Assembly (NCBI GenBank): GCA_036375075.1
Contig: DASUSN010000135.1
Coordinates: forward strand, 11,881-75,880
Direction: 5' to 3'
From: Thermoanaerobaculia bacterium
Lineage (GTDB): Bacteria > Acidobacteriota > Thermoanaerobaculia > Gp7-AA8
Length of the DNA: 64,000 bases
The notes under the pieces are model-generated. The model searched no databases and was not told the origin of the DNA. It saw nothing but the letters and a program-made list of their open reading frames with translations. Within the stretch, counting starts at the first letter, position 1, and every line of letters begins with the position of its first letter. Position numbers and translations under genes: made by a program. Positions 42,344 through 52,386 of the stretch are shown in pieces.

Positions 42344-43081
42344 ATGCGTCTCGACCAGGCCGTTCCCGCCCGCTATCCGGAGATCTCGCGCCGCAAGGCC
42401 CGGGAGCTGATCGCGCAGAAGCGCGTGTTCGTGAACGACCGCCCGGTGGGCGTCGCGTCGCGGGAGGTGAGCGAGCGCGACCGCATCACCGTGGCGATGG
42501 ACGAGCTGCCGGGGATCGACGTCCTGCGCGAAACGGCGGACTGGGTCGCGGTGAACAAGCCGGCGGGGATCCCGACGCAGCCGGCGCGGGACCGCGCGCA
42601 GCGGTCGCTCGAGGAGCTGCTGCGGATGCGGTACCGGACCATTCACCTCGTACACCGCATCGACACGCAGACGAGCGGCGTGGTGGTCTTCGCGAAGCAT
42701 CCGGCCGCGGCGGCGCGGCTGTCGGAGCTATTCGCATCGCGCGACGTGCGCAAGGTCTATCTCGCGGTCGCGGAGGGTGCCATCGAGCGCGAGCTGACGA
42801 TCGAGACGCCCATCGGCGAAAAGGACGCGCACACGGTCGTGCGTCCGCTGCGCCAGCTCGACGGCATGACGGTGGTCGAGGCGGAGATCCTCACCGGACG
42901 CACGCACCAGATCCGCATTCACCTGAAGTCGATCGAGCGTCCGGTGGTGGGCGACCGCCGCTACGGCTCGACGATGCGTGCGCCGCGGATGCTGCTGCAC
43001 GCGTGGAAGCTGTCGCACGCGTACTTCGGTGGCGAGCTCGTCGCCCCCGTGCCGGCGGATTTCCCGCCCCTGTCATCCTGA
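42344..43081 (+). CDS. RluA-family 23S/tRNA pseudouridine synthase with an N-terminal S4 domain
   Basis: Catalytic motif HRIDTQTSGVVVFAK and GRTHQIRIH. The last 5 codons and the stop lie inside the family-A repeat. Confidence 0.9.
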   Translation: MRLDQAVPARYPEISRRKARELIAQKRVFVNDRPVGVASREVSERDRITVAMDELPGIDVLRETADWVAVNKPAGIPTQPARDRAQRSLEELLRMRYRTIHLVHRIDTQTSGVVVFAKHPAAAARLSELFASRDVRKVYLAVAEGAIERELTIETPIGEKDAHTVVRPLRQLDGMTVVEAEILTGRTHQIRIHLKSIERPVVGDRRYGSTMRAPRMLLHAWKLSHAYFGGELVAPVPADFPPLSS

Positions 43082-43172
43082 GCCGCGTAGACGGCGAAGG
43101 AACCCCTGATTCAGGCGCGGGCGGCGCGAATCGCAGGGGATCCTTCGCCGTCTACGCGGCTCAGGATGACAG
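43067..43172. repeat. Family-A palindromic repeat
   Basis: cccctgtcatcctgagccgcgtagacggcgaagg ... ccttcgccgtctacgcggctcaggatgacag. Confidence 0.9.
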
Positions 43173-43193
43173 TGCGATACGATCCGCCGCGGT

Positions 43194-43733
43194 ATGGAAC
43201 AACCCGTCTTTCACGCAACGACTGTGATCTGCGTCCGCCGCGACGGCGTCGTCGCCATGGCAGGCGACGGGCAGGTGACGGTCGGTAATACAGTCATGAA
43301 GCACGGCGCGGCGAAGGTGCGGCGCCTGTACCACGACAAGATCCTGGCCGGCTTCGCCGGCTCCGCAGCCGACGCATTCGCGCTCTTTTCGCGCTTCGAA
43401 GCCAAGCTCGAGGAGTACCGCGGCAACATGGAGCGCGCGGTCGTCGAGCTGGCCAAGGACTGGCGGATGGACAAGTACCTGCGTCAGTTGCAGGCGATGC
43501 TCATCGTGGCGAACAACGAGCGCGCGTATCTGATCTCCGGCACGGGCGATCTGATCTCCCCCGACGACGGCATCCTCGCCATCGGCTCCGGCGGGTCCTT
43601 CGCGCTCGCCGCCGCACGCGCGCTGATGCAGCACACGCAGATGACGGCCGCCGAGATCGCGAAGGAGTCGATGCGCATCGCGGCGGAGATCTGCATCTAC
43701 ACCAACGACCACATCACGGTAGAAAGCCTCTGA
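43194..43733 (+). CDS. hslV: ATP-dependent protease subunit HslV
   Basis: [13 protein letters not shown] (N-terminal Thr nucleophile region) and [14 protein letters not shown]. Confidence 0.95.
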   Translation: MEQPVFHATTVICVRRDGVVAMAGDGQVTVGNTVMKHGAAKVRRLYHDKILAGFAGSAADAFALFSRFEAKLEEYRGNMERAVVELAKDWRMDKYLRQLQAMLIVANNERAYLISGTGDLISPDDGILAIGSGGSFALAAARALMQHTQMTAAEIAKESMRIAAEICIYTNDHITVESL

Positions 43734-43736
43734 ATC

Positions 43737-45137
<1,401 letters not shown>

Positions 45138-45201
45138 TCGTCGAGTCGTCGAGTCGTCAAGTCGTCGAGTCGTCAAGTCTTCAAGTCTTCAAGTCGTCAA
45201 G
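45138..45201. repeat. Family-D arm expanded into about eight tandem 8-bp units (tcgtcgag/tcgtcaag/tcttcaag)
   Basis: gtcgtcgagtcgtcgagtcgtcaagtcgtcgagtcgtcaagtcttcaagtcttcaagtcgtcaag, directly after the hslU stop. Confidence 0.85.
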
Positions 45202-45244
45202 GACGATATACTGGCCTCGTCCACACGCGGTCGCCTGGCTGCTC

Positions 45245-45673
45245 GTGTCCCTCGCCTCGGATCATCAAACAGGCATGGCCAGTACATTTCGCAGACTATT
45301 TGTGTGGGAAGCCTCCATTGATTTGGCAGTGCGCATCATTGCCCTCTCCGAACGTTTAGTGGCTCGTCGCAGGTTCGCGATCGCAGATCAGCTGGTACGA
45401 GCGGCGATATCGGTGCCGAGCAACATCGCTGAGGGGCAGGGGCGCTCGACGACGCGCGACCGCCGCCACTATCTCGTTCAGGCACGAGGGTCGCTGTACG
45501 AACTGGAAACGCAGCTCGAGATTGCGATAAGAGCCAAACTCGCAAAGGACGTTTCCGGAGTAACGCTGCTAATCAAGCAGATCAGCAGCGGGCTTACGAA
45601 AATGATCGACGCGCTCCAACCCTCGGCGACTCGTAGACTGGAAGACTCGAAGGCTACGACACCGTCTTCTTGA
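45245..45673 (+). CDS. Four-helix-bundle protein (23S rRNA intervening-sequence protein family, TIGR02436-like)
   Basis: Hallmarks DQLVRAAISVPSNIAEGQGR and YLVQARGSLYELETQLEIA. G+C is lower than in the flanks. The start could be 45245 or 45275. Confidence 0.85.
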   Translation: MSLASDHQTGMASTFRRLFVWEASIDLAVRIIALSERLVARRRFAIADQLVRAAISVPSNIAEGQGRSTTRDRRHYLVQARGSLYELETQLEIAIRAKLAKDVSGVTLLIKQISSGLTKMIDALQPSATRRLEDSKATTPSS

Positions 45674-46760
45674 ACGCACGGGCGCTGGCTGCGATGAGGA
45701 CGGCCGAGATTGCCAGAAGCGCGAACACTGGCTCCCATAAGTCCGCGAAGGTAGCGCCGCGGATGACGATCCCTCGCGCGATGCGGATGAAGTGCGTGGC
45801 TGGAAGGGCGTAGGAGATGAAGCGCAGAGGCAGGGGCAGGGACGCGATGGGGAAGATGTAGCCGGACAGGAGCACTGACGGGAGCATCACACCCATCGCC
45901 TGTTGCATGGCTTCCATCTGGGATCCGGCGCGGGAGGAGATCAGCAGGCCGAAGGAGAGGAGCGCGAGCAGGTAGACCGACGACAGGACGAGCAGGAGGG
46001 TCACGCTGCCGTTGAAGGGGACGCGGAAAAGCACGCGCATGAGGATGAGGACGACGACGAGCGTCCCGTAGGCGAGGCCGAGGTAGGGGAGGATCTTGCC
46101 GAGGACGACGGCGAGCGGAGAGACGGGCGTGACCATCAACTGCTCGAGCGTGCCGCGCTCGCGCTCCTTCACGATGGCAAAGGCCGAGAGGATCGTGCCG
46201 GAGAACGTGAGGAGAATGGCGATGAGGCCGGGGATGAGCAGGTTGGCGCTGCGCATGTCGGGGTTGAACAGCATCACCGGATGGGCCTCGATGCTCAGCT
46301 TCCCGCCGCCGCGCTCGAGGAGCTCGCGGATGCTCTCCTGCAGCACCACGCCGTTCGCCGCGGACAGCGCCTGCGACGCGACGCTGGAATCGGAGCCGTC
46401 GATGAGCACGAGGACGTGCGCGCCGCGGCCGGTCGCCAGGTCGCGCGAGTAGTCGGGCGGGATCTCGACCGCCACCTGCGCGTGTCCCGCCACGATCGCC
46501 TGCTGCAGCTCGCCGCGCGAGGACGCGAATCCCCGCACCTTCAGATACGACGTCGCGCCGAACTGCTCGACCAGGCGGCGGCTCTCCTGCGTGCGACTCT
46601 GGTCGAAAACGATGGTGGGGATGTTCTTGGCGTTCATGTCGATGACCCCGAAGAGGATCAGCTCGAACACCGGCACCGCCAGCGCGAACATGACCGTGGT
46701 CTTGTCGCGCATCATCTGGGTGAGCTCCTTGCGGAACACGGCCGTGAATCCGTTCATCAT
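45654..46760 (-). CDS. ABC-2 type transporter permease (YbhS/YbhR-like)
   Basis: Internal ATG 46760 gives MMNGFTAVFRKELTQMMRDK. Motif KERERGTLEQLMVTP; 6 TM segments. Overlaps the ATPase stop by 4 nt. Confidence 0.9.
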   Translation of the reverse strand: MMNGFTAVFRKELTQMMRDKTTVMFALAVPVFELILFGVIDMNAKNIPTIVFDQSRTQESRRLVEQFGATSYLKVRGFASSRGELQQAIVAGHAQVAVEIPPDYSRDLATGRGAHVLVLIDGSDSSVASQALSAANGVVLQESIRELLERGGGKLSIEAHPVMLFNPDMRSANLLIPGLIAILLTFSGTILSAFAIVKERERGTLEQLMVTPVSPLAVVLGKILPYLGLAYGTLVVVLILMRVLFRVPFNGSVTLLLVLSSVYLLALLSFGLLISSRAGSQMEAMQQAMGVMLPSVLLSGYIFPIASLPLPLRFISYALPATHFIRIARGIVIRGATFADLWEPVFALLAISAVLIAASARAFKKTVS

Positions 46761-47710
46761 GATGCTGCGGCCCTCACTTCCGTGAGCCGCACGAAGACGT
46801 CTTCCAGCGTCGGCTCGATGTCCCTGACGACCACTGACGAAATCCCGAAGGCCTCCAGGTCGTCGTCGACCTGCTGGTTGGACACGGACTCGCTCACCAG
46901 CAGATGGAGCGACGTGCCGAAGATCGTGGAGGCGTGCACGTAAGACAGCGTCCGCGCGGAAGTCATCAGCGACGCGACGCCCTCGCGGCACTCCACCTCC
47001 ACGCGCCGCATCCCCCGCGGCGTTACCTCGGGGAGCCTCTTGAGCGTTGCGGGGTGGCCGTTGACGATGAGGTTGGAGAGGTAGAGATACGCCACGTTGC
47101 TGCAGCGCTCCGCCTCGTCCATGTAGTGCGTCGTCACGAAGAGCGTGACCCCGTCCGCGGCGAGGCCGAACAGCAGGTCCCACAGCTCGCGCCGGGCGAC
47201 TGGATCGATGCCCGCCGTCGGCTCGTCGAGAAACAGCACCCGCGGCCGGTGCATCAGCGCGGCGGCGAGCGCGAGGCGCTGCTTCCAGCCTCCGGAGAGC
47301 GCGCCCGCGAGCCGGGTGCGATACGGGCCGATGTGGGTGAGGTCGACCGCCCACTCCTTGCGCTCGCGGCGATCCGCGCCCTTCAGGCGGTAGATGGACG
47401 CGAAGAACTCCAGGTTCTCGTCGACGGTCAGGTCGCGATAGAGCGAGAACGCCTGCGATACGTATCCGATGTGCTGGCGCACTTCTTCACCCTGCGTGCG
47501 CACGTCCAGGTCGTCGACCGTCGCGTCTCCGGACGTCGGCTGCAGCAGGCCGCACAGAATCCGGATCAGCGTGGATTTGCCGGAGCCGTTGGGGCCGAGG
47601 AGACCGAAGATCTCGCCGCGGGGGACCTGCAGCGTGACGTCGTTCAGCGCGCGAAAGTCGCCGAAGTCCTTGGTTACACCCCGTACGTCGATGCCGATCG
47701 GCGCGCTCAT
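46757..47710 (-). CDS. ABC transporter ATP-binding protein (YbhF-like, single nucleotide-binding domain)
   Basis: Internal ATG 47710 gives MSAPIGIDVRGVTKDFG. GPNGSGKST, LSGGWKQR, VLFLDEPT. Confidence 0.9.
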   Translation of the reverse strand: MSAPIGIDVRGVTKDFGDFRALNDVTLQVPRGEIFGLLGPNGSGKSTLIRILCGLLQPTSGDATVDDLDVRTQGEEVRQHIGYVSQAFSLYRDLTVDENLEFFASIYRLKGADRRERKEWAVDLTHIGPYRTRLAGALSGGWKQRLALAAALMHRPRVLFLDEPTAGIDPVARRELWDLLFGLAADGVTLFVTTHYMDEAERCSNVAYLYLSNLIVNGHPATLKRLPEVTPRGMRRVEVECREGVASLMTSARTLSYVHASTIFGTSLHLLVSESVSNQQVDDDLEAFGISSVVVRDIEPTLEDVFVRLTEVRAAAS

Positions 47711-48666
47711 TTCGCGCTGCCCTTCACGCCGAGGTCCACTTCCGTGGCCATCCCTGCCTTGAGGCGCGGATCGGGATCGACCAGCACCTTGACGCCGTAC
47801 ACCTGTTCGGCGCGTTGCGCGCGTGTCTGCACGTTGCGCGGCGTGTACTCGCCCTGCGACGCGACCGTCGCGACGCGGCCGCGGAACCAGACGTCCGGCC
47901 ATGTGTCGACGCGCACGCGCACCGGCATCCCGACACGCACCAGGCCGAGGAGCGTTTCGGGGACGTAGATCCGCACCCACAGCTCGCGCGGCTCGAGGAT
48001 CTCCGCGACGGTCTGGTTCGGCGCGACGATGTCGCCGGGGCGCAGCCCGAACGACTGGATGGTGCCCGAGACGGTCGAGTGCACGACCGTTTCCGCGCGC
48101 TGCTTCTGCAGCGAGTCGAGATGCCGCTCCTGCTGCACGACCTGAGCGCGCGCGGCGGCGATGTCTTCCCTTCGCGTGCCCTCGCGCAACGCGCGGAGAC
48201 TCTCCGCGGACGTCTTCGCCTTCGTCGCCGCGTCGTCGTACAGCTCGCGCGCGACGATGCCTTCGTCGAGCAACGCGCGCATGCGGCGCCGCTCGCGCTC
48301 GTCGTTTGCGGCCACCGCCGCGGCCGACCGCACCTCCTCGTCGCGCGGGCCCGCCAGCGCTTTCGCGAGCTGCGCGCTCGCCGCGGCGATCGCGGCCTGC
48401 TGCTCCGCGATCTGGCGGTCGATGGTCTCCGTCTCCAGCGTCACCAGCGTCTGGCCGGCGACGACCTGCTGCCCTTCATCGACGTGAACGCGGACCACGC
48501 GTCCGCCCACGAGGGACCCCACGTTCACCGTCCGCGCCTCCAGCGTTCCGGCGAGCACGAGCGGTTTCGGCTCGTTCTGCTTCCGCATGTACAGCAGCAC
48601 CGCGGTCGCCACCGCGGCGATCGCGAGCAGGGGAACGATCTTTTTCAGATGCCTTCTTGCGGGCAC
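47707..48666 (-). CDS. HlyD-family secretion/adaptor protein (YbhG-like)
   Basis: GTG start, N-terminal TM IVPLLAIAAVATAVLLY, a coiled-coil, and barrel motifs (VHVDEGQQVVAGQTLVTL). Confidence 0.85.
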   Translation of the reverse strand: MPARRHLKKIVPLLAIAAVATAVLLYMRKQNEPKPLVLAGTLEARTVNVGSLVGGRVVRVHVDEGQQVVAGQTLVTLETETIDRQIAEQQAAIAAASAQLAKALAGPRDEEVRSAAAVAANDERERRRMRALLDEGIVARELYDDAATKAKTSAESLRALREGTRREDIAAARAQVVQQERHLDSLQKQRAETVVHSTVSGTIQSFGLRPGDIVAPNQTVAEILEPRELWVRIYVPETLLGLVRVGMPVRVRVDTWPDVWFRGRVATVASQGEYTPRNVQTRAQRAEQVYGVKVLVDPDPRLKAGMATEVDLGVKGSAK

Positions 48667-49267
48667 GGGTACCTCCGAAGACGCCGTCGGACCACAGCCC
48701 GATCAGTGCGTCGATGTAGTCCTCGACCGGATACGCCGGCGTGACGTCGAGGACCTGATGAAAGAAGACGTGGGCCTGGAGCTGGCCGATGAAGAGGAGC
48801 GCCAGTGCGCGCGGGTCGGCCTCCCGGATGGCACCCGCGCGGATGGCGCGGTCGAAGTAATCCGTGAGGATGCGGATCGCGCGGCGCGGCGGAATCTCCT
48901 CGTCCTTCGGATCGAACGGGACGACGAGCGTCGTGGCGTGCATCTGCACGGCGATGGCGGGCCGGATGACGCTGCCCAGAAACGGGATCATGCGCCGCGC
49001 GAGCTCGCCGAGGACGGCGCGCGGGTCGGCCGACGCGTCGAGCGTCGTGATCGCGGTGACGAAGTCGGGCGTGGCGATGCCGCGGTTGCTCATCGCGGCG
49101 CGGAAGAGCTCCTGCTTGGAGGGGAAGTGCCGCAGGATCGCCGCGGGGGTGACGTCGAGCGCGGCGGCGATGTCGGCAAGCGTCGTTGCCGCGAAACCGC
49201 GGGCGCTGAACGCGCCGCGGGCGGCGTCGAGGATCTGTTCGCGGGTGATGCGCGGCGGCCGGCCCAT
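48476..49267 (-). CDS. TetR/AcrR-family transcriptional regulator. Its reading frame runs 191 nt into the HlyD gene.
   Basis: HTH region TREQILDAARGAFSARGFAATTLADIAAALDVTPAAILRHFPSKQELF. The tail after ...GLWSDGVFGG is Arg/Gly-rich and overlaps hlyD out of frame. Confidence 0.8.
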   Translation of the reverse strand: MGRPPRITREQILDAARGAFSARGFAATTLADIAAALDVTPAAILRHFPSKQELFRAAMSNRGIATPDFVTAITTLDASADPRAVLGELARRMIPFLGSVIRPAIAVQMHATTLVVPFDPKDEEIPPRRAIRILTDYFDRAIRAGAIREADPRALALLFIGQLQAHVFFHQVLDVTPAYPVEDYIDALIGLWSDGVFGGTRARKKASEKDRSPARDRRGGDRGAAVHAEAERAETARARRNAGGADGERGVPRGRTRGPRSRR

Positions 49268-49270
49268 GGC

Positions 49271-49322
49271 GTTAGTAAACGTAGGTTCACTAACGCCGGT
49301 TTGTCAATGGGCGTTTACTAAT
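49271..49322 (-). promoter_or_regulatory. TetR operator palindrome plus a sigma70-like promoter of the tetR-hlyD-ABC operon
   Basis: Palindrome gttagtaaac-gtag-gttcactaac (49271..49294) and a third half-site gtttactaat (49313..49322). The minus strand reads TTGACA (49307..49302), an 18-nt spacer, then TACGTT (49283..49278), about 10 nt before ATG 49267. Confidence 0.5.
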
Positions 49323-49382
49323 GCGGCACCGCCACTCACATCCTCTCCCCGCGCCGAGACGGGGGAGAGGACGGAGGGAGCT

Positions 49383-52316
49383 CTAGAACGACAGTTTCGC
49401 CGCGAGCTGGACGATCCGCGGCCCGGCCGACGACGTCGCCGAGCCGAAGCCCGCTGTGAGGGTCGAGGTCGGCGTGTACGCCGTCCGCACCGCGTTCACG
49501 TTGCTGCGGTTGAACACGTTGAACGCCTCGGCGATGAGCTGCACCCTCACCGGCGCGAAGGCGAACGTCTTCGTCACGCGCGGGTCCACCGAGAAGATCG
49601 CCGGCAAGCGGAACGTGTTGCGGTCGAACCCGGGCTGCCGGTCGCTGCGGTTGTTGCCGTCGTTGTTCACGTCCGTCGTCGCCATCGCCGTGTAGGGCTG
49701 GCCGCTCTGGTACGCGGCGATGCCGCTCAGCGACCAGCCGCCGAGGAGCCACCGCTTCCAGCCAGCGTCGAACGAGCCGTAGTCGAGGTCCCACACGCCG
49801 CTCAGCACGATGCGATGCGGCACGTCGTTGTCGCCTACTGCCCAGTCGCCGTCGATGTTCAGGGGGTCGTTCAGGTACTTCGCGTCGTCGGAGCCGCCCG
49901 GCACGACGGCCGTTGCATCCGGCTTGTTGTCCTCGACCTTCGAGTACGTGTACGCGAGGCGCGCCTGCCAATGATTCGCGAAGCGCTTGTTCAGGTCCAG
50001 CGTGACGCCGTTGTAGCGGGAGTCCGCGCTGCTCTGGAAGAGGATCACGCGCTGGAAGTTCGCGAACGGACGCGCGCTGGTGTAGCGGCGCACCGGCACG
50101 CCGTTGACCGAGACGATCTCGGACGCGCCGACATTCGCGTCGATCGAGCGCTGCAGGCTGTTGCCCTGCACGTGCTGCAGCGTCACGCCGACGCTGATGT
50201 CCTGCGTCACCGCCCGCTCCACGCCGAGGCTGGCCTGATGCACCTCGGGGTTCTCGAAGTCGGGATCGAACGCGAAGATCGTCGGCTTCGGCAGCGCCAC
50301 GCCGGTCGGGAGCGACTGGTAGATGTTCGGATACTGCGGGATGAGCGAGCCCGTGAACGTGATCGTCTGGACGTTGATCCCGTTGTTCGAATGCGCCGTG
50401 CCGATCATGATCGCCGGCGTACGGCCGTAGAAAATGCCGTAGCCGCCGCGGACGATCGTCCGGCCGTCGTCGCCCGGCGTCCACGCGAAGCCGAGGCGCG
50501 GTGCGATGTTGTTTTCGTCCTCCGGAACGACACTCGTGTCGATGCCGGCCGCGAGGAGCTGCGCGTCGGGGTTCCGCACCTCCGGCTGCTCGATGCCCTG
50601 GAGGTCGTACCGCAGGCCGAGGTTCACCGTGAGCGACGGCAGGACGCGCCATGCGTCCTCGACGAACAGGCCCGTCTCGGTGATGTTCGGATGGGTCGTC
50701 GGCCCCGAGGTGCCGGGGCCCGCGAACGCCTGCAGGTAGCGCGAGGCTTTGCCGTTCTGGAAATCGGCGAGGCTGTCGAACGTGTACGAGCCCGAGAAGT
50801 TGCCGGGGAAGTAGTTGAGGATGTCGTCGTTGCTGTAGTCGAAGCCAGCCTTCAGCGTGTGGCTGGTGAGCACATACGTGGCCGTGTCGGCGATCTGCCA
50901 GCGCTTGATGGTCGTCTCGCGCGGGCTGAAGAAGTTGCGGCCGATCGTCAGTACGGTGGTGAAGCCCTTCGACAGGTCATTCGGGTCGTTGGGCTGCCGG
51001 ATCAGGGCCTCGGGCATGTCGCTGTTCGCAAGGCCCGGCTCCTGGTCCTTCGCGTACTGGAAGCGCGCTTCGTTGAAGAGCGCGCTGTTGAGCGTCGAGG
51101 TCACCGAGCCCGTGTACGTGTCGGTGGTGACGTTCGAGTTGCCGGTGTGCTCGAGGGCGTTGGTGATGCCGCCGTTCTCGAAGTTTTTGCCGACGAACTC
51201 CTGCCGGTTGAAGCGGAACGTGAGGTGATTCGCCGAGCCGAGCTCGTGGTCGGTCTTGATGAGGTAGACGTCCTGGTCCTGATTGCGCGAGTAGGTCTCG
51301 CCGAGCGCATTCAGCTTCGCGAGGCCGGCCTGGCTCGCAGCATCGGTGGGGAAGCCGGCGGCCGGGCGGCCGAGGACGACGAGGTTCGGAATCGAGTTCC
51401 GCTGGGCGTCGTAGTTGACGAAGAAAAAGTGGCGATCCGGGACGATCGGGCCGCCGAAGCTGGCACCGTACTGATCGAAGTGATACGGGCTCTTCGCGCG
51501 GCTGTTGATCTCGTTGATGTAGTCGTTCGCGTTGTAGTTCTTGTCGCGCAGGAAGTAGAAGAGCGTGCCGTCGAGCTCGTTCGTGCCCGACTTCGTGACC
51601 ACGTTGATCACGGCGCCGCCCGCGCGGCCGTACTCGGCGGAGTACGCGTTCGTATTGACGACGAACTCCTTCACCGCGTCCTGCGAGAACTGATACGGCG
51701 CGCGGCCCGAGCCCGTGCGGCCGAGGGCCTGGCCGAAGAACGTGTTGTCGTTGTTCGCGCCGTCGATGACGAGCGAGTTGAGCGTGCCGCGCTGGCCGGC
51801 GAAGCTGATGTCGCCCTGCCGGACGTCCTTCACGACACCCGGCGTGGTCAGGACGAAATCGATGAAGTTGCGGCCGTTGACCGGCAGGTTCTCGATCGCC
51901 GTCTCGTTCACGACCGACGTCACCTCGGTGCGCTCGGTCTCGATGAGCGGCGCCGCGGCCGTGACCGTGACGGTCTCCGAGACGCCGACTTTCATCGCCG
52001 CGTCCAGCGTGACGGCCGAGCCGATGTTCACGACCACGTTGCCGCGGCGCACCGGCTGGAAGCCTTCCAGCGTCACGTCGACAGTGTACGTCGCCGGCGG
52101 CAACAGCGCGATCTGGTAGTAGCCGCTGGCGTTCGTGATCGCCGACCGGCTCACGCCGGTGGCCACGTTGCTGACGGTCACGGTGACGCCCGGCAGCGCC
52201 GCGCCGGAGTCGTCGGTGATCGTGCCCGAGATCGAGCCGGTGCTGCTCTGCGCGAGCAGCGGAGTCGCCAGGGCGAGACACAGCAATAGCAGCAGGAGCG
52301 TTCTGCGAGCTCTCAT
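49383..52316 (-). CDS. TonB-dependent outer-membrane receptor, Oar-like (N-terminal carboxypeptidase-regulatory-like domain)
   Basis: Signal peptide MRARRTLLLLLLCLALATPLLAQ; GSISGTITDDSGAALPGVTVTV; plug region ENLPVNGRNFIDF; C-terminal beta-barrel ending ...LAAKLSF. Confidence 0.9.
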   Translation of the reverse strand: MRARRTLLLLLLCLALATPLLAQSSTGSISGTITDDSGAALPGVTVTVSNVATGVSRSAITNASGYYQIALLPPATYTVDVTLEGFQPVRRGNVVVNIGSAVTLDAAMKVGVSETVTVTAAAPLIETERTEVTSVVNETAIENLPVNGRNFIDFVLTTPGVVKDVRQGDISFAGQRGTLNSLVIDGANNDNTFFGQALGRTGSGRAPYQFSQDAVKEFVVNTNAYSAEYGRAGGAVINVVTKSGTNELDGTLFYFLRDKNYNANDYINEINSRAKSPYHFDQYGASFGGPIVPDRHFFFVNYDAQRNSIPNLVVLGRPAAGFPTDAASQAGLAKLNALGETYSRNQDQDVYLIKTDHELGSANHLTFRFNRQEFVGKNFENGGITNALEHTGNSNVTTDTYTGSVTSTLNSALFNEARFQYAKDQEPGLANSDMPEALIRQPNDPNDLSKGFTTVLTIGRNFFSPRETTIKRWQIADTATYVLTSHTLKAGFDYSNDDILNYFPGNFSGSYTFDSLADFQNGKASRYLQAFAGPGTSGPTTHPNITETGLFVEDAWRVLPSLTVNLGLRYDLQGIEQPEVRNPDAQLLAAGIDTSVVPEDENNIAPRLGFAWTPGDDGRTIVRGGYGIFYGRTPAIMIGTAHSNNGINVQTITFTGSLIPQYPNIYQSLPTGVALPKPTIFAFDPDFENPEVHQASLGVERAVTQDISVGVTLQHVQGNSLQRSIDANVGASEIVSVNGVPVRRYTSARPFANFQRVILFQSSADSRYNGVTLDLNKRFANHWQARLAYTYSKVEDNKPDATAVVPGGSDDAKYLNDPLNIDGDWAVGDNDVPHRIVLSGVWDLDYGSFDAGWKRWLLGGWSLSGIAAYQSGQPYTAMATTDVNNDGNNRSDRQPGFDRNTFRLPAIFSVDPRVTKTFAFAPVRVQLIAEAFNVFNRSNVNAVRTAYTPTSTLTAGFGSATSSAGPRIVQLAAKLSF

Positions 52317-52386
52317 GATTTCCCCTTCACATGTAACTGAGATTGAACCTGTGGACGTGTGCCTCGAAGAATATCATTCGGCCGTC

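Noticed and set aside
48864-52289. 1141-aa plus-strand ORF, plus 27463..30264+, 37184..39379+, 43161..45176-, 62100..63656- and 63434..64000-
   Set aside because: Each is antisense or out of frame to a gene with unmistakable family motifs (TonB receptor, spermidine-synthase-like proteins, hslVU, rng). These are GC-driven open frames.
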